This document shows positions 29,353 through 38,409 of a DNA stretch of 64,000 bases, piece after piece. Source of the DNA: Bacillota bacterium (lineage in GTDB: Bacteria; Bacillota; UBA994). Numbering within the stretch: the stretch's first letter is position 1; every line of letters begins with the position of its first letter. The stretch lies in contig JAGXTJ010000055.1 in assembly GCA_018333655.1 (NCBI GenBank), positions 103,659 through 167,658 on the forward strand, given 5' to 3'. The translations under genes and the position numbers were made by a program. Under the pieces are notes generated by a model. The model was not told where the DNA came from, made no database searches, and saw nothing but the letters and a program-made list of their open reading frames with translations.

Positions 29353-30444
29353 TTACACCCGCTCTATTAAGACCAGCATCTTACCACCGCAGGCTAAACC
29401 TTCGTCTTCCATCACCGGGCCTGTCATATCGATGGCATACCACTCCGGGCAGCCATCTGCTATGACTGTTAGAGCCTTACGGCGCACGTCGGCCTCTACA
29501 CAGCCCCCGCCAATCGTACCCACTGTCCTACCGTCAGGATAGATGAGCATCTGCGCCCCTGCCTTACGCGGTGCAGACCCCCATGTACTGACGATGGTGG
29601 CTACTGCGAGAGGCGTGGCTTGGTCTTCCTTCGTAACTGCTTGTACCACCGCCAGATCAGCGGCACATCCCCCTGCCCACGGGGCTATCGACCGCGAGGG
29701 ACGATTCTTGAGGCTAGTAATCTCAGCCAGAATACTAACGGCGATTTCGGCAGGTGTCTCAGCATTGATTTCTAACCCAATAGGGGCGTAGAGAGCAGCC
29801 ACTCTTTCGTTAGCGAAGCCCTCAGCGAGGAACACTTCGCGCATTTCACGCACCCTGCGGCGACTACCGATCATGCCAAGGTAAGCAATGTTTGCCAGGA
29901 TAAGTTGACGCACGCACATGGCATCATGGCGATGCCCGCGCGTGACGACCACGGCGTAAGTTTGGCGAGTCAAGATGAGGGAGGCGAGTGCTTGGTCAAA
30001 CGGCCCGCAAATCACCTCTGCCGCCTCGGGGAAACGCGCAGCGTTAGCAAAGAAAGGGCGGTCATCAATGACCGTGACTACAAAGTCGAGCAAGGCTGCC
30101 ATCTTAACGAGAGGCTGCGAAATATGACCGCCCCCACAGACAATGAGCCGCGCTGGTGGTGAATACACTATGGCCACATAGGTGTCGGTATCGCCAGGAG
30201 CAAGTTGAAACTGCACCACAAGCTGTGGAGCGCGTGCCTGCGACAAGAGCGCACTGCGCGTCTTAGTCTCTAAGGGGGGCAGCACAGCGTCCCCGAAAGT
30301 AGTGCCGAGCAGCTCTAAGGTGACTTCCTTGGCGCTACCGGATAGAGAATAAAGTGCTCTCTGCCGCGCCGAACTGACCAGCACGGCAGATTTCCCCTGC
30401 CTAAGCTGCTCCCACAAGGCTCCGTAAATCTCCCTGTCAGTCAT
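29353..30444 (-). CDS. xdhC: XdhC/CoxI-family molybdenum hydroxylase maturation protein
   Basis: There is an XdhC_CoxI N-domain and a Rossmann C-domain (LIVCGGGHISQPL). Confidence 0.75.
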   Translation of the reverse strand: MTDREIYGALWEQLRQGKSAVLVSSARQRALYSLSGSAKEVTLELLGTTFGDAVLPPLETKTRSALLSQARAPQLVVQFQLAPGDTDTYVAIVYSPPARLIVCGGGHISQPLVKMAALLDFVVTVIDDRPFFANAARFPEAAEVICGPFDQALASLILTRQTYAVVVTRGHRHDAMCVRQLILANIAYLGMIGSRRRVREMREVFLAEGFANERVAALYAPIGLEINAETPAEIAVSILAEITSLKNRPSRSIAPWAGGCAADLAVVQAVTKEDQATPLAVATIVSTWGSAPRKAGAQMLIYPDGRTVGTIGGGCVEADVRRKALTVIADGCPEWYAIDMTGPVMEDEGLACGGKMLVLIERV

Positions 30445-31301
30445 GAACGACTACTCTCCTCTCGCTCTTCTAGTTGCTCTAACCACATTACGGCCTCCAG
30501 CACTCCTCCACCAATGGCGCGAGCCTTGTCCGAGATAGTAAAACAGTCTTCATAAGAGGCAGAGGGGTCTATATCACCTATCTTCTGGCCCGCCGCGACC
30601 CATAGACGGGGGAAGAGCAAGCCCCTAATTCTGCCTGCCCATGCGGCGAGCACCTCTTGGTGCACACCATCACGACACACTAGGCCTACCCTCTCTCCAC
30701 AAGCGACTAGGTCGCCGATGCTCTTCTCTGGCCACCACTCCCCGTCGCGCGGTGCGCGCAAGAGCCTTTGCCAACTTGCACCCGCCACGGGAGCCGGGCA
30801 ACCGGTGTTCGCCTCTGCACTACCCGCTAATAGAACGCGCCCTAAGTGATGCCCACGGTTAGTCTCTACTACGGCATGCACATCGACCCCAGCGGTAAAA
30901 CCCGGGCCTAGTGCCACCACTCTTGGCGCTAACCCACGGTGCGTACCGGTGGCCTGCTTGGCCATTATGGCATCTACGACCACCTGTGGCTTTAACGCTT
31001 CTATAGTGTGTGTGGTAGCATCAATAATCAGGGGAATCTGCCCTGCGGACCAATAGCTATGCAAAAAAGCCCACGCGTCCTTAGAATCGGTAGGCAATCT
31101 GTCTTTAACTAGTACGCCACAAAGGTCTTCCACCTGCACCTGCCCACAGTAGCAAGCAGAAGCCAAAGATACCGTCCGCCTAACTACCGTAGGCAATTCT
31201 TGCTCTAGCAGGAGGAGCCCAAAACCTGCCCGCCACAGCCTCTGGGCAACACCTGTGGCGAGGTCACCTGCACCGCGTATGACGACAAGTGGCTTTTTCA
31301 A
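30441..31301 (-). CDS. YqeB-like selenium-dependent molybdenum hydroxylase system protein
   Basis: It has a Rossmann-like N-terminus (VVIRGAGDLATGVAQRL). The context is XdhC / YqeC, and it overlaps xdhC by 4 nt. Confidence 0.5.
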   Translation of the reverse strand: MKKPLVVIRGAGDLATGVAQRLWRAGFGLLLLEQELPTVVRRTVSLASACYCGQVQVEDLCGVLVKDRLPTDSKDAWAFLHSYWSAGQIPLIIDATTHTIEALKPQVVVDAIMAKQATGTHRGLAPRVVALGPGFTAGVDVHAVVETNRGHHLGRVLLAGSAEANTGCPAPVAGASWQRLLRAPRDGEWWPEKSIGDLVACGERVGLVCRDGVHQEVLAAWAGRIRGLLFPRLWVAAGQKIGDIDPSASYEDCFTISDKARAIGGGVLEAVMWLEQLEEREESSRS

Positions 31302-32491
31302 ATGGCGCCAACATCCTTAAGCCGCCTAATCTCGGCCTCGCTCAGCCCTAAATCGCGTTCCAGTACCTCGGCCGTGTGCTGCCCAAGCAAGGGCGAGGGC
31401 CTGCGCACCTTGCCCACAGGGGTGCCCGAAAGTTTAATCGGACAGGCTGCCATTTTCAGCTTGCCGGCAAGGGGGTGAACTACTTCTTCAATCATCTCAC
31501 GCGCCGCCACCTGCGGGTCAAGCAGCACTTTGTCAATAGCGTTGATGGGACCACAGGGTATTCCCGCCCCGTCAAGCAGGGCGAGCCACTCTTTTGCCGG
31601 GCGTAGGGCGAAAATGTCCCCGAGTAGCGTTTCGAGTACCCCCCAGTTTTGACACCGCCCCGCGTTCGTGCTAAAGCGTGCATCAGCAATTAGCTCCTGC
31701 CTACCTACTAGGCGACAAAACTGCGCCCACAAATTATCATTACCGATGGCTATGACGAAAGGCTCGTCCGCGCCCTGCACGGTGGTGAAAGGCGCGATAG
31801 AGGGATGCCTGTTGCCAATGCGACTAGGCACCACACCGCTCACTTCGTACCGCGTAATGGCGTTCTCTAGAACAGCCACCTGTGAATCTAGCATGGCGAC
31901 ATCGACCATTTGGCCTAGCCCCGTAACATGGCGATGACTGAGTGCTGCCAAAATACCGATCGCGGCAAATAGCGCCGCGTTTATGTCGCCGATAGACGCA
32001 CCCACCCGCGTGGGAGGACCCTCGGGCGTACCGGTGATACTCATGATGCCACCCATGCCCTGCACCACTACGTCGTAAGCCGCTTTATGCATGTAAGGCC
32101 CCGAATGACCAAAGCCCGAAATGGCGGCATAGATCAGCCGCGGGTTTATCTGTCGCAAGACATCGTAACCTAGCCCTAGCTTCTCCATCGTCCCCGGGCG
32201 AAAGTTCTCGACCAAGATATCGTACTGCCCGATCATTTGTCTGAATATGTCTTGTGCTTCAGGCAATTTGAGGTTTAGAGTTATGCTCTGCTTATTGCGA
32301 TTAATGCTCATAAAGTAGGCGCTTTCCGTGCCCAAAAATGGCCCAAATGCTCGCGCGTCGTCGCCAACGTCAGGCATCTCTACTTTGACCACCTCGGCAC
32401 CTAAATCAGCCAAAAGCATGGTGCAATATGGCCCTGCCAGCACCCGCGATAAGTCGAGAACCTTAATCCCCTCTAATGTCATAGCGCACAT
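31298..32491 (-). CDS. Family III CoA-transferase (CaiB/BaiF family)
   Basis: LSRVLAGPYCTMLLADLGAEVVKVE is the classic family III N-terminal motif. It overlaps yqeB by 4 nt. Confidence 0.85.
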   Translation of the reverse strand: MCAMTLEGIKVLDLSRVLAGPYCTMLLADLGAEVVKVEMPDVGDDARAFGPFLGTESAYFMSINRNKQSITLNLKLPEAQDIFRQMIGQYDILVENFRPGTMEKLGLGYDVLRQINPRLIYAAISGFGHSGPYMHKAAYDVVVQGMGGIMSITGTPEGPPTRVGASIGDINAALFAAIGILAALSHRHVTGLGQMVDVAMLDSQVAVLENAITRYEVSGVVPSRIGNRHPSIAPFTTVQGADEPFVIAIGNDNLWAQFCRLVGRQELIADARFSTNAGRCQNWGVLETLLGDIFALRPAKEWLALLDGAGIPCGPINAIDKVLLDPQVAAREMIEEVVHPLAGKLKMAACPIKLSGTPVGKVRRPSPLLGQHTAEVLERDLGLSEAEIRRLKDVGAI

Positions 32492-32642
32492 CAGGCGTTC
32501 CGCCTCCCCTCAAATTCTAATGCTGAACTATTCTAACAATTTATCTTGCCCGCTGCCTACTGTCAATTGTTATCAAAACTTAGGCGCCTTGCCGCTACTT
32601 GTATCGCCGCCTGCACGACACAAGGGGCATCTCCAGGCCTTG

Positions 32643-33818
32643 CTAAAAGTAATCCAAAAAGGCACAGGGTTTCTTGGGCACTAGGGTCTGCAGGGTTTCT
32701 AAGGCTCGCTTGCTACCGCGAATCAAGCCGCTTTCATGCAGAAATTCCGGCCGCTGACTGCCCAAAAAGGCAGCGGTAAAGGCGTTGATGTCCATAGACA
32801 GACCATCAGCATGCTGACAGGCGGTCTCAAGCGTTGCCGCTTCTTGTGCCGAGTACGTGACCCCTTGCGGCGAAATCGTAAAGAGTGCGTTGTTACAGTG
32901 GACACTCGTATCACGCACGCCCAAAGTCAAGTTCACGTGCTTTTGTGCTAGGTACTGCTCCAAAAACTCTTTCACCATGACCACCTTGCCCATAAAATCC
33001 GGCATAATCTCCATTTTAGCTGCCGGATTGCGCCAGAGAAATGGCATTGATTCAGGGCCAGCGAGAGTGATTTCTACCCTGGTGACCATCGAATCATGAT
33101 TAGCGATGAAGTTCCACAGACCCCGCCGGCTCTCTTCGTCAAGATAGACATACTCGTCAACCTGCAGCATCTCGCCGCTAATTTGATACTGCAAGTAGCC
33201 CCTTGGTTCGCGGGCTTCGTTAAAGTAGATGGCGAAAGTTGTATTGTTGAACTTAGTGTAATGCCACCATTTTTCGGAGCGCACCAGCATGCCACTGTAT
33301 TTCTCGGCGAATTTATGATAGATCAAATTTAGAATGCTAATATTTTCCTCCGAACTTATCCTCTCCACCTGCCCCGGAATACCTTGATAGTGAAAGAGAT
33401 CTTGTCTTGCCACGACAGCCTTCCTCACGTCGTTGATGATTTCATAGCCATAGCGACGATAGAAACTAATGTCAAAGGGATGGAGGTAGCTAAGCACCTG
33501 TCCGCTCTCACGCATGGCCAGCTCTGCCTCGCCTATCAGCCGATGGACTAAGCCCCGCCTCCTGTGTTCGGGATAGGTGGAAATGCTAGCCACACCACCC
33601 ATGCGGTAATCCTGCCCCTCTAGGCGTACTGCCAAGGGAATGACGTGGAGCTTAGCTACCATCTCCCCCTGGAAGTAGGCCCCCAAAATACGATGATCCT
33701 CCATGAAACGCGCCCGCGCTTGCCGCTTCTCGCCCTCCAGAACATACTTAAACGAGTATTCTGATAATTTAATGGCATCATCAAATTCGCTCTGACCGAT
33801 GCTTCTTACTTCATACAC
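32643..33818 (-). CDS. GNAT acetyltransferase, Eis-like three-domain architecture
   Basis: The N-terminal GNAT region (…HRRRGLVHRLIGEA…) is followed by a second GNAT-like and an SCP2-like C-terminal region, in a 391-aa protein. Confidence 0.6.
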   Translation of the reverse strand: MYEVRSIGQSEFDDAIKLSEYSFKYVLEGEKRQARARFMEDHRILGAYFQGEMVAKLHVIPLAVRLEGQDYRMGGVASISTYPEHRRRGLVHRLIGEAELAMRESGQVLSYLHPFDISFYRRYGYEIINDVRKAVVARQDLFHYQGIPGQVERISSEENISILNLIYHKFAEKYSGMLVRSEKWWHYTKFNNTTFAIYFNEAREPRGYLQYQISGEMLQVDEYVYLDEESRRGLWNFIANHDSMVTRVEITLAGPESMPFLWRNPAAKMEIMPDFMGKVVMVKEFLEQYLAQKHVNLTLGVRDTSVHCNNALFTISPQGVTYSAQEAATLETACQHADGLSMDINAFTAAFLGSQRPEFLHESGLIRGSKRALETLQTLVPKKPCAFLDYF

Positions 33819-33981
33819 CGCTTCTCCACGCTCGCTCTCAAATCATACTTTTCTAAATCCCAACTCAATTCTATCATCTTCATATTAACATGAGCAGTAG
33901 CCGCAGGTGAATGATATTGCACGACCTGAGCAAGAAGCAAGAGGCAAGAGAGAAGACGCAAGAGAGAAGAAGTAACGCCTA

Positions 33982-34049
33982 TTGCGACAGCGGGGATGGT
34001 TCTTTTTGTCGCAAAATGCCGACAAAAAGAACCATCCCCGCTGTCGCAA
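33982..34049. repeat. Perfect 30-bp inverted repeat (TTGCGACAGCGGGGATGGTTCTTTTTGTCG / 8-nt loop / reverse complement), one copy of a dispersed motif GGGATGRTTCTTTTTGTCGCAA
   Basis: It is seen directly, and related copies occur at 38395-38416 and 48516-48550. It probably also acts as the terminator of the ABC-2 permease gene. Confidence 0.7.
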
Positions 34050-34080
34050 CGTCTCCGCTATAGAAGGGCACCTGCCTAAG

Positions 34081-34860
34081 CTAGTAGTGCCCTAGCAACC
34101 CCTTGCTACGGGCTATGCGTTCACTGACGCCGAAAAGCAGCACGCCTAGCCCTAAGTAAAATACTCCCACACCGACCAAGGTCACGAGGTGGACGGACTC
34201 TAATTCCCACAGGCGCTTGCCATGAATCATAACCTCGCGCAGCAGGAAGTTGGCCATAGAAAGGGGCAAGAAGCGAGCCCAGGGGAACTGTGCCCACGGC
34301 ACAGTGAGAAAGGCCAAGAAAACGAATTGAAAAATGGAGAAAAAGGCTTGTATGCGCTTGTAAACGAGGGCTAAGCCCCCCACGGCAAAACCGACGCCGT
34401 AGGCCGACATCAATGCGAGGGCAAAGATAGGCACAATGCTAACTAAATCGATGTGGAGCTCTTTTCCCGTGCTAACTAAGAGCAGCCCCAACATAATCGC
34501 TGCGTAGCCAAACTGTAGTACCAAGTTGCAGAGCAGGCTGTAGGCATTAAGCAGACTAAAACCAAAGGGAGAAATATATAGTTGCTCTAGCGTTCCTACT
34601 TGCGCTTGGGCATTTAAGTCCCAGGAAAGCTCACTGTAGGCCATGATCGACAGCGTCCACAAAAGGTAGCCGACGAGCATGCCCTCTAGAGTGTTCCCTG
34701 CGGCTAGTGCTGCGCCGCCTAAGTGCTGCGCTCCAAAAAACAGGATCATGAACATGGCATACATGGACACGATCATCGAGAGCGTGTTAAAGGCATAGCG
34801 CTTAAGCTCAATAATATTGCGGTAGAGAATCACTCTAAAGGCTACGAGGTGCCGTTGCAT
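34081..34860 (-). CDS. ABC-2 type exporter permease
   Basis: It is a 259-aa 6-TM ABC-2 fold protein overlapping the upstream ATPase gene. Confidence 0.7.
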   Translation of the reverse strand: MQRHLVAFRVILYRNIIELKRYAFNTLSMIVSMYAMFMILFFGAQHLGGAALAAGNTLEGMLVGYLLWTLSIMAYSELSWDLNAQAQVGTLEQLYISPFGFSLLNAYSLLCNLVLQFGYAAIMLGLLLVSTGKELHIDLVSIVPIFALALMSAYGVGFAVGGLALVYKRIQAFFSIFQFVFLAFLTVPWAQFPWARFLPLSMANFLLREVMIHGKRLWELESVHLVTLVGVGVFYLGLGVLLFGVSERIARSKGLLGHY

Positions 34861-35807
34861 TTCTCGCGCTCCTTTCTCACTAAGGATAAAAAGGCCCGTT
34901 CTAGATCTACTTCCTGCTGATTTATTGTTTCTACGGCTAACTGCTGTGCCCGCAGGAAATCCATTAAGTCATACAACATCTTGGCCTGTGGGAGATTTAC
35001 GAAGAGGGTTGACTGCCTATCTTCAACTTTAAGGTCAACATTGCCAAAAGAATGCCGCAGTGCCTGTTCGGCTTCTTCGGCCAGAATACCGTCTAGCACC
35101 AACCTGTAGGTACGGCTGCGCAAGACGGCCAAAAGATCGGCAATCTTATCGTCGGCGATGATGCGCCCACCCGACATAATGATGACACGCTGACAAATGT
35201 CTTGAATTACGGCCATGTCATGGCTACTAACGACTAGCGTACGCCCTTCGTCAGCGGCTAAGCGCTTAAGGGTCTCACGCAGTTCATAAGAGGTCTCAAT
35301 GTCTAGCCCTACGGTAGGTTCGTCGAGGAACACGAGTGGTGTTTTCTTGGCGAGAACAGCGCAGATGGCTACCTTCTGTTTCATACCCTGAGAGAGTTGT
35401 CGCACCTCGGTGTGGCGCTTATCGGACAACCTAAACTGGTCTACTAAGTGGGCAAAGTAGTCCTTCTCCCGCTGCACAGAGACTCCATGTATGCCCGCGA
35501 AAAAGACTATGTTTTCCCATGTCGTCATGCGCCAGTAAATGTTACGGCTGCCCTCAAGCACCGCTGCCACCCGCGAAAGGGCCGCGCCCGGATGGGTGAA
35601 AGGGTCGTAACCCCCGACGGAGATCTTTCCGGCAGTGGGCAGCATAATACCCAGCACAGACTTAATGGTCGTAGTCTTACCGGCCCCGTTTGGACCAAGC
35701 AGTCCAACCACCTCCCCAGTGCTAACTGAAAAGGTAATGTCGTCAACTGCCTTGACCTCTTTCTTGCCACTGACAAAAACTTTGCTCAAATGGCTGACTG
35801 CTAGCAA
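34842..35807 (-). CDS. ABC transporter ATPase (ABC-2 exporter partner)
   Basis: It has Walker A GPNGAGKTTT, LSQGMKQK and VFLDEPT. I trimmed the start to TTG 35807 (a GGGGAGGA RBS), because the longer ORF would run across the psuK promoter. Confidence 0.75.
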   Translation of the reverse strand: MLAVSHLSKVFVSGKKEVKAVDDITFSVSTGEVVGLLGPNGAGKTTTIKSVLGIMLPTAGKISVGGYDPFTHPGAALSRVAAVLEGSRNIYWRMTTWENIVFFAGIHGVSVQREKDYFAHLVDQFRLSDKRHTEVRQLSQGMKQKVAICAVLAKKTPLVFLDEPTVGLDIETSYELRETLKRLAADEGRTLVVSSHDMAVIQDICQRVIIMSGGRIIADDKIADLLAVLRSRTYRLVLDGILAEEAEQALRHSFGNVDLKVEDRQSTLFVNLPQAKMLYDLMDFLRAQQLAVETINQQEVDLERAFLSLVRKEREKCNGTS

Positions 35808-35990
35808 ATCTTCATCCTCCCCATAGTCCACGGCCCTACTGCCAGACCGCGAAGCCCTAACATCTTTGTACGTGCGCTGACAGAACAAGTTTCCTGGCTT
35901 GCTCACCTTGACAAGCTTACGAGAGCAGACATACAATCCATCATAAGCTAATCTAGACAAGTCACTTGCCAAGAAAGGAGGTAGCCTAGC

Positions 35991-36968
35991 ATGCCCATGT
36001 CGCGACCAGACCCTTATGTAGTGGTTATCGGCGGTGCAGCCATCGATATTACCGGCTTCCCGCGGGGGCCTTTTCACCTCGGCGACTCAAACCCCGGGCG
36101 CATAAGTACGGCGTCGGGAGGCGTGGGCCGCAACATCGCGGAGAACCTCGCTCGCCTCGGCATCCCTGTTAAAATGTTAACTGCTCTAGGTGATGATGAC
36201 CTTGGTCACCGCCTACGTGAAGAGAGCGAAAGAATCGGCATAGACCTTACTCACGCACTTATGCCTAAAGACGAGTGCACGGCTACCTACCTAGCCATTG
36301 TGGACGAAGAGGGAGATATGAAGGCGGCTATCGCCAGCATGGATATCTTCGAGCACATTACCCCCGACTATGTGCGCGGGCACGACAGTCTGCTACGCAG
36401 TGCGGCGGCCATTGTCGTAGACGCTAATCTCAGCCAGCCCGTACTGACAATGATTGCCGAGGAGTATGGCGACTGCCCACTATTCGTGGACACTGTTTCT
36501 TCAAGTAAAGCCGCGAAACTAAAGCCTGTGCTGGGGGCCTTTCACACCATAAAACCAAACAGGTACGAGGCGGAGTTTCTTTCCGGCCAAGGCATCCATA
36601 CTGCAGACGACCTCTTAGCCGTAAAGAATTGGTTTATCACGCAGGGTGTCAAACGGGTATTCATCAGTCTAGGGCCAGGCGGTGTAGTGTATGGCGACGA
36701 GCTGACCTACGCCCAAATTAGCCCTGCCCCTCTCAAAATGGTAAACTCCACTGGCGCCGGAGACGCCTTTATGGCCGGACTAGTATACGGATACCTGCAC
36801 AATTACACACTTGAGGCCACCGCCCTGTTCGCACAGGCCATGGCCGCCTTGACAGCGCGCTCACCTAGAACCGTACACCCCGAGATGTCATTAACACGCG
36901 TGCAGAGTATGCTACCAAGCGAAAATCCCCTAGGAGAAGAGAGGAGTAATACTAATGCTCATGCATAA
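35991..36968 (+). CDS. psuK: Pseudouridine kinase (PfkB family)
   Basis: There is strong similarity to E. coli YeiC/PsuK (YVVVIGGAAIDI…DSNPGRI…GGVGRNIAENLARLG…IKPNRYEAEFLSG). Confidence 0.85.
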   Translation: MPMSRPDPYVVVIGGAAIDITGFPRGPFHLGDSNPGRISTASGGVGRNIAENLARLGIPVKMLTALGDDDLGHRLREESERIGIDLTHALMPKDECTATYLAIVDEEGDMKAAIASMDIFEHITPDYVRGHDSLLRSAAAIVVDANLSQPVLTMIAEEYGDCPLFVDTVSSSKAAKLKPVLGAFHTIKPNRYEAEFLSGQGIHTADDLLAVKNWFITQGVKRVFISLGPGGVVYGDELTYAQISPAPLKMVNSTGAGDAFMAGLVYGYLHNYTLEATALFAQAMAALTARSPRTVHPEMSLTRVQSMLPSENPLGEERSNTNAHA

Positions 36969-38394
36969 ACACTTAGATCTCAGCCCGGAAGTGCAAGCTG
37001 CCCTAGCGGCAGGCAGGCCTGTGGTCGCTTTAGAGAGTACGATAATTTCTCACGGCATGCCTTTCCCGCACAATGTAGAAACTGCCCGGCGCGTGGAGGA
37101 CATAGTGCGCTCTGGCGGCGCTGTCCCCGCAACCTGCGCTGTTGTCAAGGGCCGACTGAAGGCCGGCCTGACGGAAGAAGAAATGCTGCATCTCGCTCAA
37201 TCTAATTCTGTGATCAAAGCCTCACGGCGCGACCTACCCTACCTCATCGCGGAGGGCCTAGACGGGGCTACGACTGTGGCCTCGACGATGATTATCGCTG
37301 CCCTCGCTGGTATACAGGTTTTTGTTACCGGCGGCATTGGGGGCGTACACCGCGGTGCGACGGAGACTTTTGATATTTCGGCAGACTTGGCAGAATTAGC
37401 ACAGACAAATGTAGTTGTTGTCTGCGCCGGCTGCAAATCAATTTTAGACATCGGGCTGACCCTAGAATACTTAGAGACACAGGGGGTGCCTGTACTCGGC
37501 TACCAAACACCCGACTTCCCTGCCTTTTACACCAGGAAGAGCGGCTTTGCCGTTGATTACATGGCCGAAAGCGCTCTAGCAGTTGCCAAGACGGCGCAAG
37601 CGAAATGGGAGCTAGGGCTACAAGGCGGTATTGTCGTGGCCAACCCCATTCCCGCAGAATTTGCCATGGACGAGGCGGAAATAGCGCGGGCTATCGACAG
37701 CGCGCTACGCGAAGCAGAGGTGCGTGGCATAAGGGGCAAAGAAGCCACCCCCTTCTTACTCTCCCAAGTCACTGAAGTCACGGGTGGCCAGAGCCTTAAC
37801 GCAAATATGGAGTTAATCTACAACAATGCCGCGGTCGGTGCCCAAATTGCCGCCGAACTGGCCGCACTGCGCTTTCCGCGACAAAAAGAACCGTCCCTTT
37901 TGTCGGATGTTGAGGCCTTTATCGAGATACCCAAGGGTAGCACCAACAAGTATGAATTCTCTACCGAGCGCAATATGTTCTTCCTCGACCGAGCACTATT
38001 CTCGCCCATGCATTATCCCGCAGAGTACGGCTTCATCCCTGAAACATTGGCTGACGATGGGGACCCTATGGATATCATGGTGCTGATGATGAACTCTACT
38101 TTCCCGGGCTGTGTAATCAGAGCACGCGTTATCGGCATGTTTCTCATGGAGGACGATAAGGGTACCGATGTAAAAGTAATAAGCGTCCCCGTCAATGATC
38201 CCCGATTCACCGAAATGACCGATATTTCTCACATGGGTTCTCATCTTAAAAAAGAGTTTGAGCACTTTTTCTCACAGTACAAACAACTAGAGGGCAAGGC
38301 CGTCACCGTGCATGGCTGGGCTGACCGTGAGCATGCCATAGCCGAGATTGAGCGAGCCCGCGCCGGATATCTGGAATTTGCCGCACGGCGCTAA
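36955..38394 (+). CDS. psuG: Pseudouridine-5'-phosphate glycosidase fused in frame to a family I inorganic pyrophosphatase
   Basis: Residues 1-300 match E. coli YeiN/PsuG (PVVALESTIISHGMPFP…VASTMIIAALAGI…). Residues about 315-479 match family I PPase (…YEFSTERNMFFLDRALFSPMHYPAEYGFIPETLADDGDPMDIMVLM…). It overlaps psuK by 14 nt. Confidence 0.85.
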   Translation: MLMHKHLDLSPEVQAALAAGRPVVALESTIISHGMPFPHNVETARRVEDIVRSGGAVPATCAVVKGRLKAGLTEEEMLHLAQSNSVIKASRRDLPYLIAEGLDGATTVASTMIIAALAGIQVFVTGGIGGVHRGATETFDISADLAELAQTNVVVVCAGCKSILDIGLTLEYLETQGVPVLGYQTPDFPAFYTRKSGFAVDYMAESALAVAKTAQAKWELGLQGGIVVANPIPAEFAMDEAEIARAIDSALREAEVRGIRGKEATPFLLSQVTEVTGGQSLNANMELIYNNAAVGAQIAAELAALRFPRQKEPSLLSDVEAFIEIPKGSTNKYEFSTERNMFFLDRALFSPMHYPAEYGFIPETLADDGDPMDIMVLMMNSTFPGCVIRARVIGMFLMEDDKGTDVKVISVPVNDPRFTEMTDISHMGSHLKKEFEHFFSQYKQLEGKAVTVHGWADREHAIAEIERARAGYLEFAARR

Positions 38395-38409
38395 TTGCGA
38401 CAAAAAGAA

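Noticed and set aside
34842-36077. The long 411-aa version of the ABC ATPase, starting inside the psuK upstream region
   Set aside because: The first 90 residues have no ABC features and would overlap the divergent psuK promoter and start. A TTG start at 35807 with a strong RBS gives a canonical ATPase.
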